A DNA stretch of 62,779 bases from Clostridia bacterium (lineage in GTDB: Bacteria > Bacillota > Clostridia > Christensenellales > UBA1242): assembly GCA_017464845.1 (NCBI GenBank), contig JAFTYD010000021.1:1-62779 (forward strand). The letters run 5' to 3'. How positions within the stretch are numbered: the stretch's first letter is position 1; the number at the start of each line of letters is the position of its first letter. The position numbers were made by a program, and so were the translations under genes. Shown here in pieces: positions 9,649 to 20,001 of the stretch. The notes under the pieces are model-generated. The model worked only from the letters and a program-made list of their open reading frames with translations. It did no database searches and was not told the DNA's origin.

Positions 9649-10373
9649 ATCTTCTTTTAGTTGGTGCGAACGGTCATATGGGGCAAAGGGTACAAACGCT
9701 TGCAAAGGAAAATTTTAATCTTTTCACATTTGATATTGTGGGAGATGCGAACTTTTCTTCCTTTGACCAAATAAACGAGAAAATTGATGTTGTATTAGAC
9801 TTTTCATCTCCAAGAGGAACAAGCCAAGTTGTAAATTTCTGTAAATCAAACCTTGTGCCACTTGTAAGTGCAGTTACAGGTCATAACGAAGATGAAAGAA
9901 AAGAACTTGAAGGACTTTCAAAATATGTTGCAGTGCTTCATAGTGGAAACTTTTCCACAGGTATCAATGTCATAAACAAGATATTAAAGACTTTAACCAA
10001 AGACTTAATTGATTATGATGTTGAAATCATAGAAAGTCATCACAACTTGAAAAAAGATGTTCCAAGTGGTACTTGCAAGATGTTTGTAAACACCATTAAA
10101 TCACAAAGGGACTTAAAAGAAACTTACCGTGATGAAACAAGTGGAAAGCGAGAAAAGGACGAAATAGGCATACATTCAATTCGTGGTGGTAGTGTTGTTG
10201 GAGAGCATAGTGTTTTGTTTTTAGGTAATGATGAGATAATAGAAATAAAACATACAGCACTTTCAAAGAATGTTTTTGTTCCTATGGCACTTAAAGTATG
10301 TGAATGGATAGTAAATAAAGAAAAAAGACTTTATAGTCTTAGCGAATATTTACTAGATGAGAATAGTTTGTAA
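9642..10373 (+). CDS. dapB: 4-hydroxy-tetrahydrodipicolinate reductase
   Basis: VGANGHMGQ N-terminus and the ESHHNLKKDVPSGT signature (E-x-HH-x-K-x-D-x-PSGT). Overlaps the dapA stop. Confidence 0.9.
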   Translation: MLNLLLVGANGHMGQRVQTLAKENFNLFTFDIVGDANFSSFDQINEKIDVVLDFSSPRGTSQVVNFCKSNLVPLVSAVTGHNEDERKELEGLSKYVAVLHSGNFSTGINVINKILKTLTKDLIDYDVEIIESHHNLKKDVPSGTCKMFVNTIKSQRDLKETYRDETSGKREKDEIGIHSIRGGSVVGEHSVLFLGNDEIIEIKHTALSKNVFVPMALKVCEWIVNKEKRLYSLSEYLLDENSL

Positions 10374-11397
10374 ATTTGGTGGTTCTTCGCTTGCTAGTTA
10401 TAGAGAATTTAAAAAAGTAAAGAAAATTCTAAATAAAGACAAAGATAGAGATGTTGTTGTAGTTTCTGCTATGGGAAAAAATCATATCTATCACAAAAAG
10501 GTAACAGATGAGCTTATTGACCTATTTGAAACCAAAGATGCAAAAATCTTTTATAGGTTAAAGAAAAGATATTCTCTCCTTGTCAAAAAGACCAAAGCAA
10601 ATATTGACTTAGAATATGAGTTTAATCTTTTAGAAAGACGATTGAGAGATAATGACTATGACAAAGTAGTAGCATTTGGAGAATATCTGTGCGCAAAGAT
10701 ATTTGCAAGTTACTTAAACTTTGAATTTGTTGACGCAACAAAACTGATATATCTAGATAGTAACAAAAATCTAAACGAAAGTAAGACCAAACAAGCATTT
10801 GAAAGATTAGTGGAAAAACATAATATAGTAATACCGGGCTTTTATGGAAGTACAAACGGAAAAGATATTGTGTTATTAAATAGAGGTGGCTCTGATTTTT
10901 CGGGTGCAATTGCTTGTAAATACTTGGGTGGGGAATGTTATGAAAACTATAGTGATGTTGACGGTGTGTATCTTTGTAATCCAAAGATAATTAAAAACAA
11001 AAGTCATGAAAAAGAGATTTCGTTAGTAAAACTTCAAAGACTGGTTGAAAACGGGACTCAACTTCTTAACCTTGACTGTATAAAATTTTTGAATCAATGT
11101 AAAATTGTGGTCAAACTCAAAAATACCTTTGCTCCTTATGGTAGATATACAAATGTCCAAAAGGAACAAACACATAACAATTTTGTGTTTAGTGGGTTTG
11201 CATACAATGACTTATCATATTTTTGTGTTGTATGTAACAAGAGTATATTCAAAAGGTATAATGATAAATATATCTTTGACATTGAATATATAGAAGAAGA
11301 TGTATTTACTTTTAAAAGTAAGAAGGAAGACTTTAAAAGAGTTTATCGTTCTCTTTATAGATTTCTAAAAAAATATAAGAAAAAAGGGTTAGTGTAA
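10357..11397 (+). CDS. Aspartate kinase (short form, reduced C-terminal regulatory region)
   Basis: MRIVCKFGGSSLAS...VVVVSAMGK kinase N-terminus and GGSDFSGA block. Only 346 aa, so at most one degenerate ACT-like segment. Overlaps the dapB end. Confidence 0.8.
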   Translation: MRIVCKFGGSSLASYREFKKVKKILNKDKDRDVVVVSAMGKNHIYHKKVTDELIDLFETKDAKIFYRLKKRYSLLVKKTKANIDLEYEFNLLERRLRDNDYDKVVAFGEYLCAKIFASYLNFEFVDATKLIYLDSNKNLNESKTKQAFERLVEKHNIVIPGFYGSTNGKDIVLLNRGGSDFSGAIACKYLGGECYENYSDVDGVYLCNPKIIKNKSHEKEISLVKLQRLVENGTQLLNLDCIKFLNQCKIVVKLKNTFAPYGRYTNVQKEQTHNNFVFSGFAYNDLSYFCVVCNKSIFKRYNDKYIFDIEYIEEDVFTFKSKKEDFKRVYRSLYRFLKKYKKKGLV

Positions 11398-11456
11398 AAA
11401 ACTAACTCTTTTATTTTGTTATTGACAAGGGAATGTTTTAATGATAAAATATTAAT

Positions 11457-12650
11457 ATGAAAGATAAAAAGACTATTGATGAAAATGTAAAGATAGGAGG
11501 TAACGAAACTTCTCAAACAAAAGAGAAGAATGTTTCTTTGCGTAGAATTTTCGTTCCTGTCAATGGAATATATAAGAGTTTTCCAATACAAAAAGACTTT
11601 ATTTTGTCGCTTAGTCTTGACCATTCTGCTGAACTTGGAATATTGACTTACAAAAACGAAAGTGTTATTCTCAGTGAAGAAAAGACAAAGATACTTAAAG
11701 CAAAGATGTATAAGAAGAATCTTAAAATCACAAAGATGTATCAGCCTGTCCTTGATATGCTTGTTAAGTTACATACAGAATATCATAAAGCACACAATGT
11801 ATCTTTGAGAATGTTAAAAAGAAATCTAGAAAACCTTACTATTCAAAAGAAACCAGGATACTTAAAGAAAGTTGATGGAGCATATCTCATAAGTGGAAAT
11901 ACCTTATCACTTCGCTATTATAAACCAAAGAATGAATTAGACTCTTTAAATAAAACTCAAACCTTGTCTCATGAAATAGGACATATGACATTTGGAGAAA
12001 TGGATACTGACGGCGAATATCTTATTGATAAAGGTGGAGTAAGCACAGGAAAGTATAAAATATTTGAAGCAATCGAACTTGATGACAACAAAGGATTCTT
12101 GATTGATATAGATAAAGAAAGTTATACTTGTTATGGCTATGGAATTGAAGAGGCTTTAAACGAAGAATATTCACTTAGAGTTCTTGGTTTTGATGTTTCA
12201 CAATATAATAGCGCAGGACAATTGATTGAATATGTTGTTGGAACAAGAACTTGTGATATAGCAAGGTCAAAGCATGATTTGAATATGATAAAAGCAAAAT
12301 TTGTTGAACTTATTCCAGATGAAGCAAAGTTTGACGAACTTATTGAAACATTTGACAATGTTTTTGATGACAACAAAGGATTATCAAAAAAAGAAAGAGC
12401 AGAAAGTGAAGTTAAGAGTATGTCAATCCTAGCAGATTATGTTTTGAAAAAAGTTGAAACGGAACTTAAAACAGGAAAGTTTAAAAAATCAAAATATGAA
12501 AAGATATCAGAATGGAGACTTCCATTCCACCTTAATAAAGATTTAGAAATACTTGAAATAAACGATAAACTTAATGAGTCAGTAGAAAATCTTGTAATTC
12601 AATATAAACCAACAAAAAAGGCAGTAGCCACAGAAACAAAAGAAAAATAA
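11457..12650 (+). CDS. Hypothetical protein with HEXXH zinc-metalloprotease motif (397 aa)
   Basis: HEIGH at 11970-11984 (LSHEIGHMTFGE). No other domain recognised and the RBS is weak. Confidence 0.45.
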   Translation: MKDKKTIDENVKIGGNETSQTKEKNVSLRRIFVPVNGIYKSFPIQKDFILSLSLDHSAELGILTYKNESVILSEEKTKILKAKMYKKNLKITKMYQPVLDMLVKLHTEYHKAHNVSLRMLKRNLENLTIQKKPGYLKKVDGAYLISGNTLSLRYYKPKNELDSLNKTQTLSHEIGHMTFGEMDTDGEYLIDKGGVSTGKYKIFEAIELDDNKGFLIDIDKESYTCYGYGIEEALNEEYSLRVLGFDVSQYNSAGQLIEYVVGTRTCDIARSKHDLNMIKAKFVELIPDEAKFDELIETFDNVFDDNKGLSKKERAESEVKSMSILADYVLKKVETELKTGKFKKSKYEKISEWRLPFHLNKDLEILEINDKLNESVENLVIQYKPTKKAVATETKEK

Positions 12651-12679
12651 AAGAACCTTAATTTTAAGGTTCTTTTTTA
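12651..12679 (+). terminator. Rho-independent terminator
   Basis: AAGAACCTTA-ATTTT-AAGGTTCTT followed by TTTT. Confidence 0.8.
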
Positions 12680-12866
12680 TAGCAAATTTTATGTTTGTTT
12701 ATTTTTAGATTTTGACATTTTTGTTTTTTTATGATATATTATTTACCATATTGAACAGTTTGACAGTGTAAAATTGAAAAATATTTTACGCGTCATTTTA
12801 TGTTTATATAAAGTTTTCAAGAGCACCTTTTCTTCATAAAGAGTCCAAAATTTAAAAGGAGAATTT

Positions 12867-14822
12867 ATGAACAACAACAAATTTTTAGAAGAGGTGAAGG
12901 TTGGAAAACTTTTAAGAATGTTTGCTATTCCATGTGTTATTTCACTTGTGGTTCAAGCACTTTATAATATTGTTGACCAAATCTTTATTGGCTTCACAAA
13001 AGGACTTGGAGAACTTGGAAATACAGCAACTGGTATTGTTTATCCATTGACAGTTATTGCACTTGCAGTTGGATTGTTAATTGGTGATGGTGTTGCTGCC
13101 AAGTTGAGTATCAACCAAGGACAAAACAACAATAAGCACAATAGTAAAATTATTGCATCAAATCTTACACATGGTTTAATTATAAGTTTGCTTATGATAA
13201 CTTTTGGTTTAATTTTCGCTAAACCAATTTTAAAAAGTTTTGGTGCAAATGGTGTTATACTTCCATTTGCGTTAGACTATTCAACATTTATTTTAATAGG
13301 TTTCCCTTTATACATTATAGGAACAATTATTAATCCTATTATTAGAGCAGATGGGAGTCCAAGATATGCAATGTTATCAATGGTAGCAGGAGCAGTTACA
13401 AATATTATCTTGGACCCAATATTCTTATTTGCTTGTAAAATGGGAATGAAAGGTGCAGCACTTGCAACATTTTTAGGTCAAGTAGTTACCTTTACATTAA
13501 GTGTTATTTATTTGTTTAGAGCAAAAACATTTAAGTTAAAATTATCTGATTTTGTTCCTAATATAAAAATGCTTGGAACAGTATCTAAACTTGGTATATC
13601 AAGTTTCTTAACACAAATTTCAATTGTTATAATCTCAATAATTAACAACAATTTAATTTTAAGTTTGTTACCAACAGACAATAGTGCAATTGGTATGCTT
13701 ACTATTGCATTTAAGGTGTTTGGTATAGTTATTAGTATTATTATAGGTATTGCTTGTGGTGGTCAACCAATTATCGGTTACAACTATGGAGCAAGAAAAT
13801 TTGATAGAGTTAAACAAACTTTCAAGTACATAATGATTTCAACATTAATTGTTGGGGTTGTTGCGACATTATTATTCTTGTTATTACCAAAACAAATTTT
13901 TGCATTGTTTGGTTACAAAGAAATATCTGATTTTGGGGTAAAATGTTTTACTATTTATATGAATATGATACTCTTAACATGTTTTACAAAAGCATCAGCA
14001 ATATTCTTCCAGTCAATAGAAAAACCTATAAAATCTACTCTTGTTGCAATGTGTAGAGATTTGTTATTCTTGGTTCCATTAACATTTATTATGTACAACT
14101 TTGGTGTAAATGCTTTCTTGTGGTCTGCACCAATTAGTGATGTACTTACAACTATTTTGGCTGTAGTATTTTTAATATTAGTTTTTAAAGAGTTTACAAA
14201 GTTATCATTAAAGACAGAAAATGAAGAAAATCCTGTAAAGATTGAAAAAACAAAACCTGGTTTAATAATAACTATTTCAAGAGAACACGGAGCAGGTGGT
14301 AGAGAAATTGCTTTTGAACTTGCTAAAAAATTAAATATACCTTGCTATGACAAAGAGTTGGCTTCAATGGTTGCAAAGGATACCGGACTTTCTGTTGATT
14401 ATATCAATAAACTTGAAAATAACATATCTCAACCAATGTATGAATTATATTTAACAAAAACTCCAACAGCTATAGCAAGAGAGGCTCAAAATAATATTCT
14501 TGAAGCGATTGCAAAGAAAGGTTCTTGTGTTATTGTCGGAAGATGTGCAGATTTTATTTTAAGTGATTATAATCCTTATAGAATATTTATCTATGCTGAT
14601 ATGGAATACAAACAACAAAGAATTATGAATAACTATAAAGATTCAAAAAATACAGCTTATGAAAATATCTTAAAATCAGACAAGAATAGAGCGAAATTTT
14701 ATTACGAAACCACAGGTCAAGTTTGGGGTATGAAAGAAAACTATGATTTGTGTATCAATTCAAGTATAGGGGTAGAAGAAACTGTAAATATGATTTATAA
14801 TTATATTCAAAACAAAATCTAA
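12867..14822 (+). CDS. MATE-family efflux transporter fused to a C-terminal cytidylate-kinase-like domain (651 aa)
   Basis: N-terminal ~450 aa has 12 TM segments with a MATE-type start (LLRMFAIPCVISLVVQALYNIVDQIFIG). The C-terminal ~195 aa begins IITISREHGAGGREIAFELAKKLNIPCYDKEL, the hallmark of the cytidylate kinase-like family. Confidence 0.8.
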   Translation: MNNNKFLEEVKVGKLLRMFAIPCVISLVVQALYNIVDQIFIGFTKGLGELGNTATGIVYPLTVIALAVGLLIGDGVAAKLSINQGQNNNKHNSKIIASNLTHGLIISLLMITFGLIFAKPILKSFGANGVILPFALDYSTFILIGFPLYIIGTIINPIIRADGSPRYAMLSMVAGAVTNIILDPIFLFACKMGMKGAALATFLGQVVTFTLSVIYLFRAKTFKLKLSDFVPNIKMLGTVSKLGISSFLTQISIVIISIINNNLILSLLPTDNSAIGMLTIAFKVFGIVISIIIGIACGGQPIIGYNYGARKFDRVKQTFKYIMISTLIVGVVATLLFLLLPKQIFALFGYKEISDFGVKCFTIYMNMILLTCFTKASAIFFQSIEKPIKSTLVAMCRDLLFLVPLTFIMYNFGVNAFLWSAPISDVLTTILAVVFLILVFKEFTKLSLKTENEENPVKIEKTKPGLIITISREHGAGGREIAFELAKKLNIPCYDKELASMVAKDTGLSVDYINKLENNISQPMYELYLTKTPTAIAREAQNNILEAIAKKGSCVIVGRCADFILSDYNPYRIFIYADMEYKQQRIMNNYKDSKNTAYENILKSDKNRAKFYYETTGQVWGMKENYDLCINSSIGVEETVNMIYNYIQNKI

Positions 14823-14850
14823 TAATAATTTTGACAGATTTTAAATACAA

Positions 14851-14887
14851 AAAAAAGAACATTCAATAAGAAATGTTCTTTTTTATT
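14851..14887. terminator. Bidirectional rho-independent terminator
   Basis: AGAACATT-loop-AATGTTCT flanked by A8 and T-run, between convergent genes. Confidence 0.75.
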
Positions 14888-14891
14888 TTTA

Positions 14892-16379
14892 TTAAAAACC
14901 AACTGCAAGACCAAATAATAAAACAAGCAGTGAAAGTATTAAAACAATTAGTTGTATCTTCCAAGTCCATTTTATCCATTTGTTATATGATACATTAGAC
15001 ATTGATAGTCCAATAAGTAAAACTGGATTTGTTGGAAGGAATATATCAGAAAATCCATCTGCTATACAATAAGTCAATATAAGCATATTTGATGATATTC
15101 CAATTACACTGCAAATAGGAAGTAGTATAGGCATAATCAAAAAGATTTTTGCTGATGCAGAACCAATAAATACTTGTAAGATAAGTATAAGCAAATAAAT
15201 AAACAAAATACAAACAAAACGATTTCTACCATCTAAGAAGTTAATAACAGCATTCATAATAGTATCAATTATTTTGCTTTCAGTCATAATAAGGTTAACA
15301 GAAGAAGCAAGTGCGATAAGTAGTACTGCAGGGAACATAGCAAGTGCACCTTTGCCGAGATAAACAAAAACTTTTGATTTTTCTTTTACAACAATAAAAC
15401 CTGCAATAATTCCACCAATCAAAAATGTTAATGACAAAATAGGAATAGCAAGACCAGAAATTGGTCTTATAAAAGCAATTGCAAGCAAAACTGCAAATTG
15501 CACAATAAAGAAAGTTAAAAATGTTTTAAATATTTTGTTATCTTCTTTTGTTGGTTCTTGTTCAAGTCTAAGTCTTTGTCTTTTTTCAATGTCATCTTTA
15601 TATGTGAGAGAGCGTTCTGGATTTTTTGAAATTCTGTTGATATAAATCAAGATAAATCCACAAACCAATGCATAAATTAATACAAAAAATATTATTCGTA
15701 GCCAAATACCACTTGTTGTGCTGATACCTGCAAAGCTTGATGCAATACCAATTGAAAAAGGATTAGTTATTGCAGCAGAAAAACCGAAGCAAGCAGAAAG
15801 CATACATACACCAATACCAGTCATTGTATCAAAGCCAAGAGATAACATAAATACTATTATAAAAGGAAGTAATGTTACAAGTTCTTCAAACAATCCAAAA
15901 AAGCTACCGAACATCATAAAGAATAAAATTGCTATACACACAACCAATCTTTTTTTTGTTTCAAACTTTTTAACAATACGATTCATAATTACTTTGATTC
16001 CGTTTGTTTTTTCAAGCAAATTAAATACTCCACTCATAATAAGTAAAAACAAACAAATCATAATAATAGTCAAACTACCATCTATAAAGAAAATTCTTAT
16101 AGGTGCTGTGATAATTCTCCAAAAAGCAATTCCTTTTACTTCACCTTTTGTGTAAGTACCAGCAATAATTTCACCATCTTTGGTTCTTTCAAATTGACCT
16201 TGAGGAATTACCAAAGACAAAATTCCACACAAAGCTATCATAAAAGTCAAAATAGCAACAACAACTATAAAAGATTTTGCGCTTATATTAGCAAATGCTT
16301 TTTCTTTATTTTTTTGTTTTTTATTTAGCATTACATTTTCAAATATTTTTTCTTTGTTTTTTTGTTTTTCGTCTATCAT
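14892..16379 (-). CDS. YfcC/DcuC-family membrane transporter (495 aa)
   Basis: Polytopic membrane protein. The N-terminal pattern (IPQGQFERTKDGEIIAGTY...ITAPIRIFFIDGSLTIIMICLFLLIMSGVFNLLEKTNGI) is typical of YfcC-family carriers. Confidence 0.65.
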   Translation of the reverse strand: MIDEKQKNKEKIFENVMLNKKQKNKEKAFANISAKSFIVVVAILTFMIALCGILSLVIPQGQFERTKDGEIIAGTYTKGEVKGIAFWRIITAPIRIFFIDGSLTIIMICLFLLIMSGVFNLLEKTNGIKVIMNRIVKKFETKKRLVVCIAILFFMMFGSFFGLFEELVTLLPFIIVFMLSLGFDTMTGIGVCMLSACFGFSAAITNPFSIGIASSFAGISTTSGIWLRIIFFVLIYALVCGFILIYINRISKNPERSLTYKDDIEKRQRLRLEQEPTKEDNKIFKTFLTFFIVQFAVLLAIAFIRPISGLAIPILSLTFLIGGIIAGFIVVKEKSKVFVYLGKGALAMFPAVLLIALASSVNLIMTESKIIDTIMNAVINFLDGRNRFVCILFIYLLILILQVFIGSASAKIFLIMPILLPICSVIGISSNMLILTYCIADGFSDIFLPTNPVLLIGLSMSNVSYNKWIKWTWKIQLIVLILSLLVLLFGLAVGF

Positions 16380-16393
16380 CTTTTATCAACCTT

Positions 16394-18286
16394 TTACTCT
16401 TTTAGTAAACCACTAACAATATACCATTCAACGCAACTTCTTTTATCGGTTGGTACAAAGTAATAAATTTCTTTTCCTTCATATATTTCAAAATTTTCGC
16501 CAGCACCAAATAGCAATCTGTGTATAGTTTCAATAGGGAAAGTCTTTTCTATTTGGTTTCCATCTTCTGTGCCAATATAAGTAAGGCCTGTTTTATCTAA
16601 TTTACAAACACCTTCGCCAGCATGACGAGTTTGAGTTTTTCCGTCTTTAGATATATGTCTTAATTCAACATTGCTTTTTAAACAAAATTTTTTCTTCTTT
16701 TTAATTTCTGTACGCAATTTATCTGTTTGCCATTCATACCATTCTGCGATATTTTTAAAATCAACATTAGACAAAGAATATCTATTATCAACGGTTACTT
16801 CTAAATTGCAGTGAGAACATTTTATTTTATTTTTATCAGTTGTCAAAGTATATTTTTTACCACACTTTGGACACATACAAAGAATATTTTCAAGTCCCTT
16901 TGCAATTGTTTTATGTTTATATTTTATTTCAGGGTGTTTTTCTAACCATTCCCATTCATTGTAATTTAAAGCATTGTTTATCTTTGTCTTAAGTTCATCA
17001 AGAGGCATTTCTTTTGACATTCCAGCAGGTATAAGTTTATTAAGCTCTGCTTCAACATAACTACCTTTTCTTATCTTATCTCCCCATTTTGGTTTAGCAA
17101 GATAAGCGCCATTAATTTTTATTGTATATACAGTAACATTCATTTTTTGTATAAACTTGTAAGTAGATTCTTGTATATCTTCAAATTTACCAACAGTAGA
17201 AAGTCTAGCCTCTGGCATCATAGCAAGAACTTCATTTGTTGAAATAACTTTAAGACAATTTTTAGAATTTTCAACATCAGTAGCAAGAAGACTTTTTGGG
17301 AATGCACCTGTTTTGTTTAAAACCCAAGCAAGTTTTTTATTACCAAAATATAATCTTGAAACAACATAATGTGGACGTTCTTTTATAATTATTTTTCCGG
17401 AAAATATAAAATCATAAAATGACCCATGGTTACATAGCACAATGCATGGTCTTTCCAATTTACCAACATTGTTTTTAAGTTTAACCTTTGCTTTTGTTTT
17501 TATTCCATAGTAAATAAGATTTCCAACACCTTTAAAAATAATTGGACTATAATTTCCAACTTTCATTCTTGCTTTCTTTTGACTTTTGTGAATATACTCA
17601 TTTACCTTTGCAAAAATTTTAGTTTTATAAACAGCCATTAAAATAAGTAAAATGATTATAACAACAAATACTATTATTGAAACTGTCCAACTAGTAGCCA
17701 TTGTGATATGTCCAAGTCCAACATCAAGGATAAGAGATGGAATAGAACCAATACCTGTAATCAAAATATATTTAGGATATCTCATGCCCATAGTTGCAGC
17801 AAAGAAACAAATAATGCCATAAGGTATTGCAGGTAAGCAATACAGAATAATTACAATAAGAGCAAGTTTATTTGAACGCTTTGCGCTTTCAAAATCAAAA
17901 TCTACATTAGATGCAAAGTAATCAGTAAGTTTAGTTCCAAATAATTTGTATAGAATAAACACAATTGTGTTTCCAACCATAATACCAGCAAGACAAACTG
18001 CCATACCTTTCCACAAACCAAAACTTATACCAGCAATCACATGAAGAGGTTCAGCAGGAACAAAGGTAAGAACGACTTGCATCATTGACAAAACAAAAAC
18101 AACAATGTATGCTCTGATACCTAATTTACTTATAGAATCTTGTATTTCTTTTTTTGTTGCACTTGTATTAAATATTTCTTTTAAAACTTCAAAGTTTTCT
18201 CCATAAAAAAGAAAGAACAACAATCCAGCAAAAATCAATATTGCCACAGATAGAGCAATGAGTTTTTTCTTAGTAATAGCTTTCAT
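16394..18286 (-). CDS. Fusion protein: TVP38/TMEM64 (VTT/DedA-like) membrane domain + lysophospholipid acyltransferase domain + zinc ribbon
   Basis: N-terminal 5-6 TMs resemble TVP38 family. Central CNHGSFYDF carries the HX4D acyltransferase motif. CPKCGKKY...CSHCN is a 4-Cys ribbon. Start at 18286 (MKAITKK, RBS AGGAG) is preferred to 18349. Confidence 0.65.
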   Translation of the reverse strand: MKAITKKKLIALSVAILIFAGLLFFLFYGENFEVLKEIFNTSATKKEIQDSISKLGIRAYIVVFVLSMMQVVLTFVPAEPLHVIAGISFGLWKGMAVCLAGIMVGNTIVFILYKLFGTKLTDYFASNVDFDFESAKRSNKLALIVIILYCLPAIPYGIICFFAATMGMRYPKYILITGIGSIPSLILDVGLGHITMATSWTVSIIVFVVIIILLILMAVYKTKIFAKVNEYIHKSQKKARMKVGNYSPIIFKGVGNLIYYGIKTKAKVKLKNNVGKLERPCIVLCNHGSFYDFIFSGKIIIKERPHYVVSRLYFGNKKLAWVLNKTGAFPKSLLATDVENSKNCLKVISTNEVLAMMPEARLSTVGKFEDIQESTYKFIQKMNVTVYTIKINGAYLAKPKWGDKIRKGSYVEAELNKLIPAGMSKEMPLDELKTKINNALNYNEWEWLEKHPEIKYKHKTIAKGLENILCMCPKCGKKYTLTTDKNKIKCSHCNLEVTVDNRYSLSNVDFKNIAEWYEWQTDKLRTEIKKKKKFCLKSNVELRHISKDGKTQTRHAGEGVCKLDKTGLTYIGTEDGNQIEKTFPIETIHRLLFGAGENFEIYEGKEIYYFVPTDKRSCVEWYIVSGLLKE

Positions 18287-18510
18287 GACAACTCCTAATT
18301 TGTATATTAAAAAAAAGTTTTTTAGTTGTATAAAATATTTAAAATTCAACCAAAAAACTTTCTAGTTATATCTATATATTTTATATAATATATTACAAAT
18401 ATTTTTCTATATAAGTCAATAGAATTTTGCAAATTAATTTTTGCAATAAAAAAGAATATAAAAAAATCTCAATTTTGTTAATTGAGATTTTCTGTTTTAA
18501 TGTTTTACTT

Positions 18511-19920
18511 TTATTCTTTATCAGTTTTTTCTTCGTCTTCTTTCTTTTCAGGTTCTTTTTCAATATTTACATATTCAATTTTCAAGTTAAGTTTTTTGAT
18601 ACGATGTTCTTCAAACTCTGTTACTGTGAAAATCATATTTATATGTTTTGTAATAAAATCGCCATTGTCATCAATAATTTCATCTACTGTTGGATATTCA
18701 ATTATTGTTCCAAGTTCTGGCATGCCTTGGTAATTTTCAAGAACAAATGAAGCGATTGAAACATATTTTTCTTCTGGCATTTTTTCAATCTTAAGTTGAT
18801 TAAATACTTCTTCAACTGTTACGTTTGCGTCAACGTTATATTCGTTTTCTTGAACAGTTTCAATTGTTGGAGCTTCTTCTTCATCATCACTTTCATCATA
18901 GATTTCACCAACTATTGTTTCAAGACAATCTTCCATTGTTACGATACCAGATGTTCCACCTTGGTCATCAATAACGATAACCATATGTTGTCTTTCTTTT
19001 TTCATTATATCAATGATAGAGTTAACATTTGTACTTTCACTAATGAAAGTTGCAGGGGTAATGATATCGGTAATAGAAGGTTTTTTATTTTCAATCAAGT
19101 TAAAGAAATAATCTTTTTGATTTAAGATACCAATAATATTGTCGGTTGTTTTTGAAAAGACAGGAAGTCTTGAATATTTGTGTTCCAAAAATAAATTATT
19201 GATTTCATCATCAGTTGCAGTGTCTTCAAGAAAGATAACATCAACTCTGTGAGTCATAATATCTTTTGCGTCAACTTCTCTAATTTTTATAGTTCCTTGA
19301 ATCAAGTCTGCATCGTCTTTTTCAAGCACGCCTTCTTCTTCCATTGTATCGATAATACTTTCAAGTTCATCTTCAGTAACTGTTGGTGTAGCTTTGCTTT
19401 TTGCTCTTTGTTTTCTTGTGAGTAAAAGTTGTAAACCATAGAAAATAATTACTATAGGGTATAACACTTTCATAAGAACAAAAAGTGGACCAGAAAATGC
19501 AAGTGCAAATTTTTCAGGATTTGTTTTTGCAAAGCATTTTGGTAAAATTTCACCAAAAATTAAGATTATGATTGTCATCACAACAGTATTTAAAAGGTTA
19601 GCAACAGTTGGGTTTGTTACATAAATACCAAAGAGATATGCACAAAGTGTTGTACTTAAAATATTAACAAAGTTATTTCCAACCAAAATTGTTGTGAGAG
19701 CCATTTCATAATGCTCAGAGATGTAAAGAGCTTTTCTTGCTCCTTTAACTTTATTTTCTGCGAAGTTTCTCATTCTAAGAGCATTCATTGAAGTGAATGT
19801 TGTTTCTGCTGATGAAAAAAATGCTGAACAGAAAAGTAAAACGATAATACCAACTAACATAAAAATATGTGCTGGTGAATAAGTGCTTGCTTTTAAAAGC
19901 AAACTCGAGTATGTATCCAA
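18511..19920 (-). CDS. CNNM/HlyC/CorC-family transporter (DUF21 + CBS pair + CorC_HlyC)
   Basis: FFSSAETTFTSMN DUF21 start, a CBS pair region and a C-terminal CorC/HlyC-like domain. TTG start at 19920 lies 7 nt after AAAGGAGAA and is preferred over the longer ORF. Confidence 0.85.
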   Translation of the reverse strand: MDTYSSLLLKASTYSPAHIFMLVGIIVLLFCSAFFSSAETTFTSMNALRMRNFAENKVKGARKALYISEHYEMALTTILVGNNFVNILSTTLCAYLFGIYVTNPTVANLLNTVVMTIIILIFGEILPKCFAKTNPEKFALAFSGPLFVLMKVLYPIVIIFYGLQLLLTRKQRAKSKATPTVTEDELESIIDTMEEEGVLEKDDADLIQGTIKIREVDAKDIMTHRVDVIFLEDTATDDEINNLFLEHKYSRLPVFSKTTDNIIGILNQKDYFFNLIENKKPSITDIITPATFISESTNVNSIIDIMKKERQHMVIVIDDQGGTSGIVTMEDCLETIVGEIYDESDDEEEAPTIETVQENEYNVDANVTVEEVFNQLKIEKMPEEKYVSIASFVLENYQGMPELGTIIEYPTVDEIIDDNGDFITKHINMIFTVTEFEEHRIKKLNLKIEYVNIEKEPEKKEDEEKTDKE

Positions 19921-20001
19921 AATATTTCTCCTTTTATTTAATAAAATTAAACAAACATATTCTAGCATAATATAAACTTTTTGTCCAATAAATATTGACA
20001 C

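Noticed and set aside
12680-12866. Riboswitch or other structured leader upstream of the MATE fusion gene
   Set aside because: I could not match it to any riboswitch class I know (guanidine, PreQ1, PRPP/ykkC, fluoride), and no convincing terminator/antiterminator pair is visible.
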